A program made the translations under genes and the position numbers. Positions 10,438-20,022 of a stretch of 64,000 nt of DNA are shown piece by piece. A model generated the notes under the pieces. It was not told where the DNA came from. It saw nothing but the letters and a program-made list of their open reading frames with translations, and did no database searches. Source of the DNA: Bacteroidales bacterium (GTDB lineage: Bacteria > Bacteroidota > Bacteroidia > Bacteroidales > UBA3824); contig JAKSUC010000003.1 in the NCBI GenBank assembly GCA_024413595.1, positions 12,307 to 76,306 on the forward strand, read 5' to 3'. Every line of letters starts with the position of its first letter. The stretch's first letter is position 1.

Positions 10438-10445
10438 CAAAGATA
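10438..10445 (-). promoter_or_regulatory. Bacteroidota -7 promoter motif (TAnnTTTG) for the HTCS gene
   Basis: Plus-strand caaagata is TATCTTTG on the minus strand, 32 nt upstream of the ATG at 10406. Confidence 0.45.
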
Positions 10446-10450
10446 AATTA

Positions 10451-10518
10451 TTTTTTTTTTTTAATTTTAATTTGAAAATAAAATTTTATTATTTTTTTTT
10501 ATTATTTTTTTTTTTTTT
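10451..10518. repeat. Cluster of long homopolymeric T tracts (T12, T9, T14)
   Basis: T12 at 10451-10462, T9 at 10492-10500, T14 at 10505-10518, inside the 568-bp divergent intergenic region between the HTCS and the esterase operon. Confidence 0.9.
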
Positions 10519-10676
10519 ATTTATTTTATATTCTTTTTTGTATAAAAAAATAGCATTTTTATAGATATAATAATATATTTTATTTTTAATTTATGGGTGG
10601 TTTTATTATCTATTATTTCATTATTTTCACATTTTTATATTTAATAAACTATTGATATATAATAATATATAAAATT

Positions 10677-10699
10677 AATGTTACATTATTTGTAACATT
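10677..10699. promoter_or_regulatory. Perfect palindrome AATGTTACA-N5-TGTAACATT (candidate operator)
   Basis: 9-bp arms read directly from the sequence. Shares the TGTTACA core with the 6143-6171 repeat. Another TGTAACA lies at 10745-10751. Confidence 0.35.
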
Positions 10700-10974
10700 A
10701 AAAAAAAGCTATTTTTTTATTCTTGAAACATTTTCAAAGAGTTGTGTAACAATTTTCTTAAAGTATTAAAAAAATAAGTGTTAAAATTGCACAAAAGAAA
10801 CCGCAGGCTATTTGAGTTTTTTTTTGCAAGATTTTAAGTTGTATTATTAAGTATTACATTGTTAAATAAGTTGAATTTTTTTTAAAAGGTGGATAAGCGC
10901 TATTTTTTTATTTACAGATAGTTTCGCGGTTCTTTTTTCTTTTTTAATGAAAACAATTTTATTCAATAATTAAT

Positions 10975-12087
10975 ATGACACTTAAAAATTTATCATTAGT
11001 TGCTATACTTTCGCTTGGATTTTCACAAGCATTGATGGCGCAAGTTCCAGCAACAACAAACATTGCAGGTTCAAAATACCCTGCCATTTTTCCAGACAAC
11101 AAAATTGAATTTCGTTTAAAAGCTCCTGAAGCTCAAAAAGTTCAAGTAGACATTTGTGGAAAAAAATATGATATGTCTAAAAATGCAGAAGGTGAATGGT
11201 CGGCAGTTTCAGATCCAATAGTTTCAGGTATTCAATATTATTCTTTAATTGTTGACGGAGTTTCAGTAAACGACCCAGCTAGTGAAACATTTTATGGTTG
11301 TGGCAGAATGATGAGTTGTGTTGAAGTTCCATATCTTGAAGGTGGTCAACAATATCAAATTAAAGACGTACCTCATGGTTGTGTTCGTACAGAAAATTAT
11401 TTTTCTAAAGTAACAAATTCTTGGAGAACAATGTATGTTTATACACCTGCAGGTTATGACACAGATGTAACAAAAAAATATCCAGTATTTTACATAATTC
11501 ACGGTGGTGGTGAAGATTGTCGTGGTTGGGTTAATCAAGGTCGTGGAAATATTATTTTAGATAATTTATCAGCTGAGAAAAAAGCTGTTCCAATGATTTT
11601 GGTTAGTCTTGATGCAAATGTTGGAGATTACGACAATGTTGAAAAAGAAATAATGGACAATATTGTTCCATTTGTAGAAAAAAATTATCGTGTAGACGCA
11701 CGTCTAGAAAAACGTGCATTAGGAGGACTTTCAATGGGAGGTCTTTACACAATGTATGTAGGTTTTCCTCATAATGATTTCTTTGCATATTTTGGCGTTT
11801 TCAGTTCAGGATGGTTTGCTAATATGCCAGCAAATACAGACAATCCTGGTGCAAAATGTTATTCTTATTTAGAAAAAAATGCCAAAACATTCAACAAAAA
11901 TGTAAAACTTTTGTGGATGGGTCAAGGAAGTCCAACAGATATTGCTTGGAACAATTGTCAAGTTATGATGAAAAAATTTGACGAAATGAACATCAAATAT
12001 AAATATTTCGAGTCTAAAGAAGGTGGACATACTTGGCCTGTTTGGCGCGAAGATTTATATCTTTTTGCACAAGAAATTTTTAAATAG
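10975..12087 (+). CDS. CE1-type esterase (feruloyl/acetyl-xylan esterase-like alpha/beta hydrolase) with N-terminal Ig-like module
   Basis: 370 aa with signal peptide. N-terminal E-set-like segment (IEFRLKAPEAQKVQVD...GEWSAV). HGGGED and the GLSMGG nucleophile elbow. Confidence 0.75.
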   Translation: MTLKNLSLVAILSLGFSQALMAQVPATTNIAGSKYPAIFPDNKIEFRLKAPEAQKVQVDICGKKYDMSKNAEGEWSAVSDPIVSGIQYYSLIVDGVSVNDPASETFYGCGRMMSCVEVPYLEGGQQYQIKDVPHGCVRTENYFSKVTNSWRTMYVYTPAGYDTDVTKKYPVFYIIHGGGEDCRGWVNQGRGNIILDNLSAEKKAVPMILVSLDANVGDYDNVEKEIMDNIVPFVEKNYRVDARLEKRALGGLSMGGLYTMYVGFPHNDFFAYFGVFSSGWFANMPANTDNPGAKCYSYLEKNAKTFNKNVKLLWMGQGSPTDIAWNNCQVMMKKFDEMNIKYKYFESKEGGHTWPVWREDLYLFAQEIFK

Positions 12088-12112
12088 TATATTTTGTTTA
12101 ATATTTTTTATG

Positions 12113-12146
12113 AAATTCCCTTTCAAAAAGAAAGGGAATTTTTATA
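12113..12146 (+). terminator. Rho-independent terminator after the esterase gene
   Basis: aaattccctttc / gaaagggaattt 12-bp arms with a 5-nt loop, followed by a T-rich tail. Confidence 0.75.
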
Positions 12147-12166
12147 AACTCTAAAAAATCCTATTA

Positions 12167-14794
12167 ATGAAATCAATTTTTAAAACGTTGACAGCATTAT
12201 CATTAGCTGTTGTTCCGGGTTTGTTAAATGCACAACAAAACCCAATTATAAAAACAATCTACACACCAGATCCTGCGCCATACGTTTATGGTGACAAAGT
12301 GTATTTGTTTGTAGATCATGACGAAGACGATGCCACTTACTTTAAAATGAAAGATTGGCTTTTGTTTTCTACCGAAGATATGGCAAATTGGACATATCTT
12401 GGAACTCCAATTTCTACCGAAACATTTTCTTGGGCAAAAAAAGGCGATCGTGCTTGGGCGTCGCAAGCTGTTTGTCGTAATGGAAAATGGTATTGGTATT
12501 TATGTTGCAACACTGAAAAAGGCGAAGATGCTCTTGCTGTGGCTGTTGCCGACAATCCTCAAGGTCCTTATTCTGATCCTCTTGGAAAACCTCTTGCCAT
12601 AGGTTGTTCGTTTATTGATCCTTGTATTTTTATTGACGATAACGAAAAAGCATATCTCGTTTGGGGAAACAAAGGCTGTTGGTATGGTGAATTAAACGAT
12701 GATATGATTTCGTTTAAAAATGGATTTCAAGAAATTCCTGGTTTTCACGATCCAAAATGTTTTGGTCCTGAGTCAACTAAAATGAATTGGTGTAAAGGTA
12801 AAGAAGAAAAAATGACAGGGTATGAAGAAGGTCCATGGTTAATGAAACACAATGGAACTTACTATCTATCATATCCTTCAGGAGGAGTGCCTGAACATAT
12901 GGCTTATTCAACAGCAAAATCTATTGATGGACCTTGGACTTATCAAGGAAGAATTATGGACGAAGCAGAAAATTCGTTTACTATTCATGGTGGAAACATT
13001 GATTTTAAAGGACATAGCTATATGTTTTATCATAATGGAGCTTTGCCAAATGGGGGAGGTTTTCACCGTTCTACATGTGTAGAAGAATTTTCATGGAAAG
13101 CTGACGGTTCAATTCCTTTTATACCTTTTACAAAAACTGGTGTAAAACCAATTTCTACTTTAAATCCATTTAATAGGGTAGAAGCAGAAACAATGAGCGA
13201 CTCTTGGGGTGTTAAACTTGATAGAAATGCAGGTTTCCGTCATTATGTAACTTCAATTCACAATGGCGATTGGATAAAATTATCATCAGTTGATTTTGGT
13301 AAAAATACAGTTCAAATGGCAACCGTAGAAGTATTAAATTGCCAAAATCCTGGAGTTATTGAATTTTATGTTGACAATATGAGTGGAAAACCACTTGCAC
13401 AAGTTACCGTTGGACCAGAAAATGCAGTATTTAACGCATTTACAAACACAGAAGTTAATGGAATTCACGATTTATACCTTTTATTTAGAGGAGGTGACAA
13501 AGAATTATTTGATTTAGATTGGTGGAATTTTAATTCATCTGTAAATCAGCCAATTATCCAAACAAAATATACCGCAGATCCTGCACCATTTGTTTATAAT
13601 GATACCGTTTTTCTTTACACAACACACGATGCAGATACAGCAAATGGTTTTCAAATGTTTGATTGGTTATTATATACGTCAACAGATATGGTAAACTGGA
13701 CAGATCGTGGAGCTGTTGCATCTCTTGACGATTTTAAATATTATGATGGAAAAAATGGAGCTTGGGCAGAATGTGTTGTAGAGCGAAACGGAAAATTTTA
13801 CATGTATTGTCCAATTCACGGACATGGAATAGGCGTTTTAGTTTCAAATTCACCATACGGACCTTTTAAAGATCCTCTTGGACATCCTTTAGTTTGGCAA
13901 AAAGAACATTGGTATGATATTGATCCATCTGTATTTATCGATGATGATGGTCAAGCATACATGTATTGGGGAAATCCATACGTATATTATGTTAAATTAA
14001 ATGAAGATATGATTTCTTATTCTGGAGAAATTGTTCAATTACCAAAAATTACTGATTACCAAGAAGGTCCATGGTTTTATAAACGTAATGGAAAATATTA
14101 TTTAGCATTTGCATCAACTTGTTGTCCAGAAGGTATTGGCTATGCCATGAGCGACAATCCAACAGGACCTTGGACTTATAAAGGTCACATAATGAACCAT
14201 ACACAACGTACTCGTGGAAATCATCCAGGAATTATTGATTATAAAGGAAAATCATATGTTTTTGGTTTAAATTATGATATTATGCACCTTGAAACATATC
14301 ATCATCACGAACGTCGTTCGGTTTCGGCTGCTGAAATGACATATAATTCTGATGGAACAATTGTAGAATTGCCATATTTTCATGATGCAACTCTCAATCA
14401 GATAGAAAGTTTTAACCCATTCCAAAAACGTATCGAAGCTGAAACTATGGCTTGGGGATTTGGTTTAAAAACACGTGTTGATAATTCAAAAGGCATTATT
14501 ATTAATAATATCGACGAAGGAGAATATCTATTAATAAAAGGTGTTGATTTTAAGAAAGGTGCAAAAAGTTTTTCTGCAAGTATTTCAAACTCAGGTAAAA
14601 ACGCAATTCTTGAAATTCATATTGATAGTGTTGATGGTCCTCTTTGTGGTACTTTAAACATAACTAAAACTTCTGGTTTTAAAACACTTACTTGTGCTTT
14701 AAAAAATGCAGTAGGTGTTCATGATTTATATTTTACATTCAAAGGAGAACAAAAAACAAATCTTTTTGAATGGGATTATTGGAATATGAAATAA
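12167..14794 (+). CDS. Tandem GH43-CBM6-GH43-CBM6 multidomain glycosidase
   Basis: 875 aa with one signal peptide. First GH43 shows IYTPDPAPYVYGDKVYLFVDHDE...EGPWLMKHNGTYYLSY...YMFYHN. A CBM6-like module follows (VEAETMSD...WIKLSSVDFG). The second GH43 starts near nt 13544 (KYTADPAPFVYNDTVFLYTTHD...EGPWFYKRNGKYYLAF). A second CBM6-like module follows (IEAETMAWG...YLLIKGVDF). Confidence 0.88.
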   Translation: MKSIFKTLTALSLAVVPGLLNAQQNPIIKTIYTPDPAPYVYGDKVYLFVDHDEDDATYFKMKDWLLFSTEDMANWTYLGTPISTETFSWAKKGDRAWASQAVCRNGKWYWYLCCNTEKGEDALAVAVADNPQGPYSDPLGKPLAIGCSFIDPCIFIDDNEKAYLVWGNKGCWYGELNDDMISFKNGFQEIPGFHDPKCFGPESTKMNWCKGKEEKMTGYEEGPWLMKHNGTYYLSYPSGGVPEHMAYSTAKSIDGPWTYQGRIMDEAENSFTIHGGNIDFKGHSYMFYHNGALPNGGGFHRSTCVEEFSWKADGSIPFIPFTKTGVKPISTLNPFNRVEAETMSDSWGVKLDRNAGFRHYVTSIHNGDWIKLSSVDFGKNTVQMATVEVLNCQNPGVIEFYVDNMSGKPLAQVTVGPENAVFNAFTNTEVNGIHDLYLLFRGGDKELFDLDWWNFNSSVNQPIIQTKYTADPAPFVYNDTVFLYTTHDADTANGFQMFDWLLYTSTDMVNWTDRGAVASLDDFKYYDGKNGAWAECVVERNGKFYMYCPIHGHGIGVLVSNSPYGPFKDPLGHPLVWQKEHWYDIDPSVFIDDDGQAYMYWGNPYVYYVKLNEDMISYSGEIVQLPKITDYQEGPWFYKRNGKYYLAFASTCCPEGIGYAMSDNPTGPWTYKGHIMNHTQRTRGNHPGIIDYKGKSYVFGLNYDIMHLETYHHHERRSVSAAEMTYNSDGTIVELPYFHDATLNQIESFNPFQKRIEAETMAWGFGLKTRVDNSKGIIINNIDEGEYLLIKGVDFKKGAKSFSASISNSGKNAILEIHIDSVDGPLCGTLNITKTSGFKTLTCALKNAVGVHDLYFTFKGEQKTNLFEWDYWNMK

Positions 14795-14817
14795 TAAAAT
14801 AAAGTAAATAAATAAAA

Positions 14818-17202
14818 ATGAGATACTTATCATTACTTTTGATAACAGGAGGAATTTTGGCTACAAATTTAGCCTATTCACAAGACAAACTATATCCAAA
14901 TGAATTTCCTCTTGGCGATGTTCAATTATTAGAAAGTCCTTTAAAATATGCTCAAAATCTTAATATTGAGACACTTTTAAAATATAGTCCAGACCGATTA
15001 TTAGCACCTTATCGCAAAGAAGCAGGTCTTGAACCATTAGACAAACCATATCCAAATTGGGATGGTCTTGATGGACATGTTGGTGGGCATTATTTGTCGG
15101 CAATGGCCATGAATTATGCTTCTACTGGAAATCATGAATGTAAAAAGCGTATGGAATATATGATAGCTCAACTCAAAGAATGTGAGCAAGCTAACATAAA
15201 AAATCATCCTGATTGGGGTAATAAATATATAGGTGGTGTTCCTAATAGTGAAAAAATTTGGTCTGCTTTTAAAGAAGGTAATTTTGGACCTTATTTTGGT
15301 GCTTGGGTTCCATTTTACAACATTCACAAAATGTATGCTGGACTTCGCGATGCTTGGTTGTATTGTGGAAATGAAGATGCAAAACAAATGTTTCTTGATT
15401 TTTGTGATTGGGGAATTGATATTACCTCAAAACTGTCTGATGCTCATATGGAAACAATGTTAAATAACGAACATGGTGGTATGAATGAAATGTTTGCTGA
15501 CGCTTTCGCAATAACTGGAGATAAAAAGTATATTGAAGCTGGCAAAAGATATTCTCATCATATGTTGTTAGATCCAATGTCAAAAGGTAATGATAATTTG
15601 GATAATTTACACGCCAATACTCAAATTCCTAAAGTTATTGGATTTCAACGTATTGGAGAATTAACTGGAGACCAAAATTATTTATCTGCAAGTAAATATT
15701 TTTGGAATAATGTTGTTTATCAACGTTCACTTGCATTTGGAGGAAATAGTCGTAGAGAACATTTTCCATCGGCAGAAGCTTGTACCGATTATACAAGTGA
15801 TGTTGACGGTCCAGAGTCTTGTAATTCTTACAATATGTTAAAACTTACAGAAGACCTTTTCCGCCTTGATCAAAGAGCTGAATATGCCGATTTTTATGAA
15901 CGTACAATATTTAATCATATTTTGTCTACACAACATCCACAACATGGTGGATATGTGTATTTTACATCTGCACGTCCTCGTCATTATCGAGTTTATTCTG
16001 CACCAAACGAAGCAATGTGGTGTTGTGTAGGTTCTGGTATGGAAAATCATGGAAAATATGCTCAATTTATTTATACTCATAACGATAACTCGTTGTATGT
16101 TAATTTGTTTGTAGCTTCAACTCTTGATTGGAAACAACGTGGAATTTCTCTTAAACAAGAAACTCAATTTCCATTTGCAGAAACTTCAAAAATTTCTATT
16201 ACAAAAGGAAATTCTCAATTTAAAATGATGATACGTTTTCCTAAATGGGTGGCTGATAATCAGTTAAAAATTATTATCAATGGAAAACCATATCAATTTA
16301 GTGCAAAACCTCAGTCTTATGTTGAAATTGATAGAAAGTGGAAAAAAGGTGATGTTGTTGAAATCTCTTTCCCAATGCATAATTCTGTAGAACACATGCC
16401 AAATGTTCCTAATTATGTTGCAATTATGCACGGACCAATTGTTTTAGGTATGAAAACTGGAACTGAAGATTTACGAGGTATAATAGCTGACGATAGCCGT
16501 TTTGGTCAATATCCAGGTGGTGAACTTTTCCCTATCGATAAAGCTCCTATTTTAATTGATGACAATATCGATAATATTGAAAATAAATTAGTTGCTGTTG
16601 AAGGAAAACCTCTACATTTTAAATTAAATGTTGAAATGAAAAATGCTATCGACGGTGAATTAGTTCCTTTTTATCAAATTCACGACTCAAGATATATGCT
16701 TTATTGGTTAGCACTTTCAAAAAATGGTTATCAATCTTATATTGACTCATTGTCTGCTATTGAAAATCAGAAGATTATATTAAGTCAACGTTCAACAGAT
16801 TTTGTTTCTCCTGGCGAACAACAACCTGAAGCTGACCATTTTATGCAATCTGAAAAATCAAATTCTGGTAATGATCATAATGAATTTTTCCGTAATGCTT
16901 CTAATGGCGGATTTTTTAGTTATGAACTTAAAACTCAAGGAGTTGAAAAACTTTCTGTTTATGTAAAATATTGGGGGGTTAATCATTGGGGAACTAAAAT
17001 TTTTGATATTTTAGTTGATGATGTAAAAATTGCAACTGTAAATAATACAAATCGTTGGAACCAATCTCAATTTAAAACAATTGAATATCCAATTCCTGAA
17101 GAATTGTTAAAAGATAAAAAATCTGTTCGCATTAAATTTCAAACTTCTCAAGGAACTGAAGTTGGTGGAATTTATGACTTACGTTTAGTTAAAGAACTAT
17201 AA
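14818..17202 (+). CDS. Glycoside hydrolase family 127/146 type (DUF1680, beta-L-arabinofuranosidase-like)
   Basis: 794 aa with signal peptide. HVGGHYLSAM, ESCNSYNMLKL and WCCVGSGMENHGKY match the Glu/Cys zinc-site and catalytic Cys region known from HypBA1-type GH127. Lies 23 nt after the previous gene. Confidence 0.75.
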   Translation: MRYLSLLLITGGILATNLAYSQDKLYPNEFPLGDVQLLESPLKYAQNLNIETLLKYSPDRLLAPYRKEAGLEPLDKPYPNWDGLDGHVGGHYLSAMAMNYASTGNHECKKRMEYMIAQLKECEQANIKNHPDWGNKYIGGVPNSEKIWSAFKEGNFGPYFGAWVPFYNIHKMYAGLRDAWLYCGNEDAKQMFLDFCDWGIDITSKLSDAHMETMLNNEHGGMNEMFADAFAITGDKKYIEAGKRYSHHMLLDPMSKGNDNLDNLHANTQIPKVIGFQRIGELTGDQNYLSASKYFWNNVVYQRSLAFGGNSRREHFPSAEACTDYTSDVDGPESCNSYNMLKLTEDLFRLDQRAEYADFYERTIFNHILSTQHPQHGGYVYFTSARPRHYRVYSAPNEAMWCCVGSGMENHGKYAQFIYTHNDNSLYVNLFVASTLDWKQRGISLKQETQFPFAETSKISITKGNSQFKMMIRFPKWVADNQLKIIINGKPYQFSAKPQSYVEIDRKWKKGDVVEISFPMHNSVEHMPNVPNYVAIMHGPIVLGMKTGTEDLRGIIADDSRFGQYPGGELFPIDKAPILIDDNIDNIENKLVAVEGKPLHFKLNVEMKNAIDGELVPFYQIHDSRYMLYWLALSKNGYQSYIDSLSAIENQKIILSQRSTDFVSPGEQQPEADHFMQSEKSNSGNDHNEFFRNASNGGFFSYELKTQGVEKLSVYVKYWGVNHWGTKIFDILVDDVKIATVNNTNRWNQSQFKTIEYPIPEELLKDKKSVRIKFQTSQGTEVGGIYDLRLVKEL

Positions 17203-17233
17203 TTCAATGATTAATATTTGTTAACTTTTTAAA

Positions 17234-17280
17234 ATTCAAATCACAAAAAAAAATTTTGTGGTTTGAATATTTTATTGTTT
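17234..17280 (+). terminator. Rho-independent terminator after GH127 gene
   Basis: attcaaatcacaaaa / ttttgtggtttgaat 15-bp arms with one G-U pair, followed by a T-rich tail. Confidence 0.7.
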
Positions 17281-17300
17281 TAGACTATTTGAATATTTTG

Positions 17301-17308
17301 TAAATTTG
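17301..17308 (+). promoter_or_regulatory. Bacteroidota -7 promoter motif (TAnnTTTG) for the GH31 gene
   Basis: TAAATTTG, 30 nt upstream of the ATG at 17338. Confidence 0.45.
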
Positions 17309-17337
17309 CTCCAATTTATTAATACTTAATTATTGTT

Positions 17338-19947
17338 ATGAATACTGCTAACTTATTTAAAATTAACACTTTATCTCTTTTAGCCTTTACATTATTAGGT
17401 TTTTCAAATTGTGCTGATAATAATAATGTAAAATCTTGGCAGAAAGAAGATAAATTAGTGAATATCAATACTAAAGATGGAAAATTAAAATTATGTCCTT
17501 TAAATGACAATTCAGTAAGAGTGATTTTTCAAAAAAAAGAAGAACCTATTGTTGCTGATTTAATTTATTTAGACAATATTTCCGCACCAAAATTTAACGT
17601 TTCTGAAAACGACTCTCAAATTGTAGTTTATCTTCCTAAATTGACAGCAAAAGTCAATAAATCAGATGCTTGTATAAACTATTATACCGAAAATGATGAA
17701 CTAATTTTGTCAGAATTAGGTCGTAGTGTTGTTGACGACTCTGTACAAAATTTAACTACATATCAATCTCGTCAAAGTTTCTATTCTCCTGAAGATGAGT
17801 ATCTTTATGGATTAGGACAATTTCAAGATGGTAATTTAAATGTTCGTGGACTTTCAAGACGTTTAACACAGGTAAATACCCAAATATCAATACCTTTTGT
17901 AATTTCTAACAAAGGTTATGCACTTTTGTGGAACAATTGCGGGTTAACCGATTTTAATCCTGCTGATAGTTGTATTTGTCTTGATAGAGTTTCTGAAAAT
18001 GGTGAAACTGAAGAAGTTAATGTTACTTCAACAGAAGGAGGCAAAAAAGAAATTCGTCAAAGTAATAATTTTGAAGCTCAATTAAATATAACCGAAAAAG
18101 GTGAATATTCAATTTTGCTTGACGTAGGTAATAAAATGGCGCGTCGTCATAATCTTGAAATTGACAACGAAAAAGTTGTTGATATTTTTAATGTTTGGTT
18201 GCCTCCAACTACTTCTACAATTGTTTCATTATCAGAAGGAAATCATAGTTTAAAAGCTTCGTTAACTTCTGAAGATAAACCAAAAGTATTTTATAGAAAA
18301 GTAGACAATTCTACAACTTTTTCATCTCCAGTTTCTAATGGCGTTGATTATACTGTTTTTGCAGGTTCGGCTGACGAGGCTATTGCTTCTTATAGAGCTG
18401 TTTCTGGAAAAACACCATTACTTCCTAAATGGGCTTTTGGCTATATTCATTGTCGTGAACGTTTTCATTCTCAAGACGAAATTATAAATACAGCAAAACG
18501 TTTTCAAAAAGAGCAATTGCCTGTTGATGTGATAGTTCAAGATTGGCAATATTGGGGAAAATACGGTTGGAATGCAATGAAATTTGACGAACAATTTTAT
18601 CCAAATCCAAAAACTTTGGTTGATGAACTTCACAAAATGAATTTACGTTTTATGCTTTCTGTTTGGGCAAAAGTTGATGAAAATTCAGAAGTAGGTCGCA
18701 TGGCAAAAGATAGTTCGTATTATATTCCAAATACAACATGGATTGACTTTTTTAATCAAAAGGCTTCAGATTATTATTGGAACAATTTCAGCGACAGACT
18801 TTTAAAACCATACAATATAGATGCTTGGTGGCAAGATGCAACCGAACCTGAAAATGATGATTTAGAAGGTCGTTTAATTGGTGAAAATTCTGAACCTGGT
18901 GAAATTTACAGAAATGCTTTTCCATTTTTTGTAAATAAAACTGTATATTCAGGACTACGTAAAGATGATCCAAATAAACGAAATTTAATATTAACACGTA
19001 GCGCATTTCCTGGAATTCAACGTTTTGGAGTTGTTACATGGTCTGGCGACGTTGGAAATGATTTTACAACATTAAAAAATCAAATTATTGGTGGACTTGG
19101 ATATATGGCTTCAGGAATGCCTTGGTGGACATATGATGCTGGTGGATTTTTCCGTCCTCGTGAACAATATTCAAGTAAAGAATATCATGAATGTTTCTTA
19201 AGATGGTTGCAAGTGTCTGTATTTTTGCCACTTATGCGTGTTCATGGTTATATGACAGATACTGAATTTTGGAATTACGGAAACGATGTTGTTAATGCCT
19301 CCAGAAAATGTTTAAATCTTCGTTATAGTTTAATTCCATACATCTATTCTCAAGCTTCACAAGTTTCTAAAAACGGCTATACTCTTATGAGACCGTTAGT
19401 TATGGATTTTCCAAAAGATACAGCTTCTTTAAAAAACAATTGTCAATATATGTTTGGAAAAAGTTTGATGATTGTACCTATATTAGAAGCTGGCGCTACA
19501 ACAACAGACGTTTATCTTCCTGAAAACAAAGGAGGTTGGTTTGATTTTTATTCACAAGATAAAGTTACTTCTGGAAAAATTATTGTTTCAGTTTTACCAG
19601 ATGAAATACCCGTATATGTACGTGCAGGAAGTATAATTCCATTTGCAAAACCAGCACAAAACACAGCTTCTATTGATGATACTAAACTTGATTTAATAAT
19701 TTATCCTGGTCAAGATGCTGAATTTGTTTTATATAATGATAATGGTGTAAATTATGATTATGAAAAAGGTTTATATACAGAAATTAACCTTAATTGGAAT
19801 GATGCAAAACAAAAACTTGTAATAGGCTCGTGTAAAGGAACTTATCCAGAAATGAAATCAGATATTAAAATAACAATAAAAATTGCAGGAAGTTCAATAA
19901 CCAAAAATATTGATTATCACGGAAAAGAATTAGAAATTGAGTTTTAG
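17338..19947 (+). CDS. Glycoside hydrolase family 31 (alpha-xylosidase/alpha-glucosidase type), lipoprotein
   Basis: 869 aa with lipoprotein signal (LLGFSNC). LPKWAFGYIHCRERF, VIVQDWQYWG, NIDAWWQDATEPE (nucleophile region), LTRSAFPGIQRF, WSGDV. Confidence 0.88.
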   Translation: MNTANLFKINTLSLLAFTLLGFSNCADNNNVKSWQKEDKLVNINTKDGKLKLCPLNDNSVRVIFQKKEEPIVADLIYLDNISAPKFNVSENDSQIVVYLPKLTAKVNKSDACINYYTENDELILSELGRSVVDDSVQNLTTYQSRQSFYSPEDEYLYGLGQFQDGNLNVRGLSRRLTQVNTQISIPFVISNKGYALLWNNCGLTDFNPADSCICLDRVSENGETEEVNVTSTEGGKKEIRQSNNFEAQLNITEKGEYSILLDVGNKMARRHNLEIDNEKVVDIFNVWLPPTTSTIVSLSEGNHSLKASLTSEDKPKVFYRKVDNSTTFSSPVSNGVDYTVFAGSADEAIASYRAVSGKTPLLPKWAFGYIHCRERFHSQDEIINTAKRFQKEQLPVDVIVQDWQYWGKYGWNAMKFDEQFYPNPKTLVDELHKMNLRFMLSVWAKVDENSEVGRMAKDSSYYIPNTTWIDFFNQKASDYYWNNFSDRLLKPYNIDAWWQDATEPENDDLEGRLIGENSEPGEIYRNAFPFFVNKTVYSGLRKDDPNKRNLILTRSAFPGIQRFGVVTWSGDVGNDFTTLKNQIIGGLGYMASGMPWWTYDAGGFFRPREQYSSKEYHECFLRWLQVSVFLPLMRVHGYMTDTEFWNYGNDVVNASRKCLNLRYSLIPYIYSQASQVSKNGYTLMRPLVMDFPKDTASLKNNCQYMFGKSLMIVPILEAGATTTDVYLPENKGGWFDFYSQDKVTSGKIIVSVLPDEIPVYVRAGSIIPFAKPAQNTASIDDTKLDLIIYPGQDAEFVLYNDNGVNYDYEKGLYTEINLNWNDAKQKLVIGSCKGTYPEMKSDIKITIKIAGSSITKNIDYHGKELEIEF

Positions 19948-19960
19948 TTATTGATTATAA

Positions 19961-20013
19961 AACAAGTAGTAAGTTTTGTTTTTGATTAAAATTTCTTACT
20001 ACTTGTTTTTTTT
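19961..20013. terminator. Hairpin terminator between convergent GH31 and FGE-like genes
   Basis: aacaagtagtaag / cttactacttgtt 13-bp arms with a 21-nt loop, then T8 on the plus strand. Confidence 0.65.
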
Positions 20014-20022
20014 AAAACAAAA

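Noticed and set aside
10379-10564. 61-aa ORF rich in Phe/Leu
   Set aside because: It is produced purely by the poly-T tracts in the HTCS promoter region and is not a gene.
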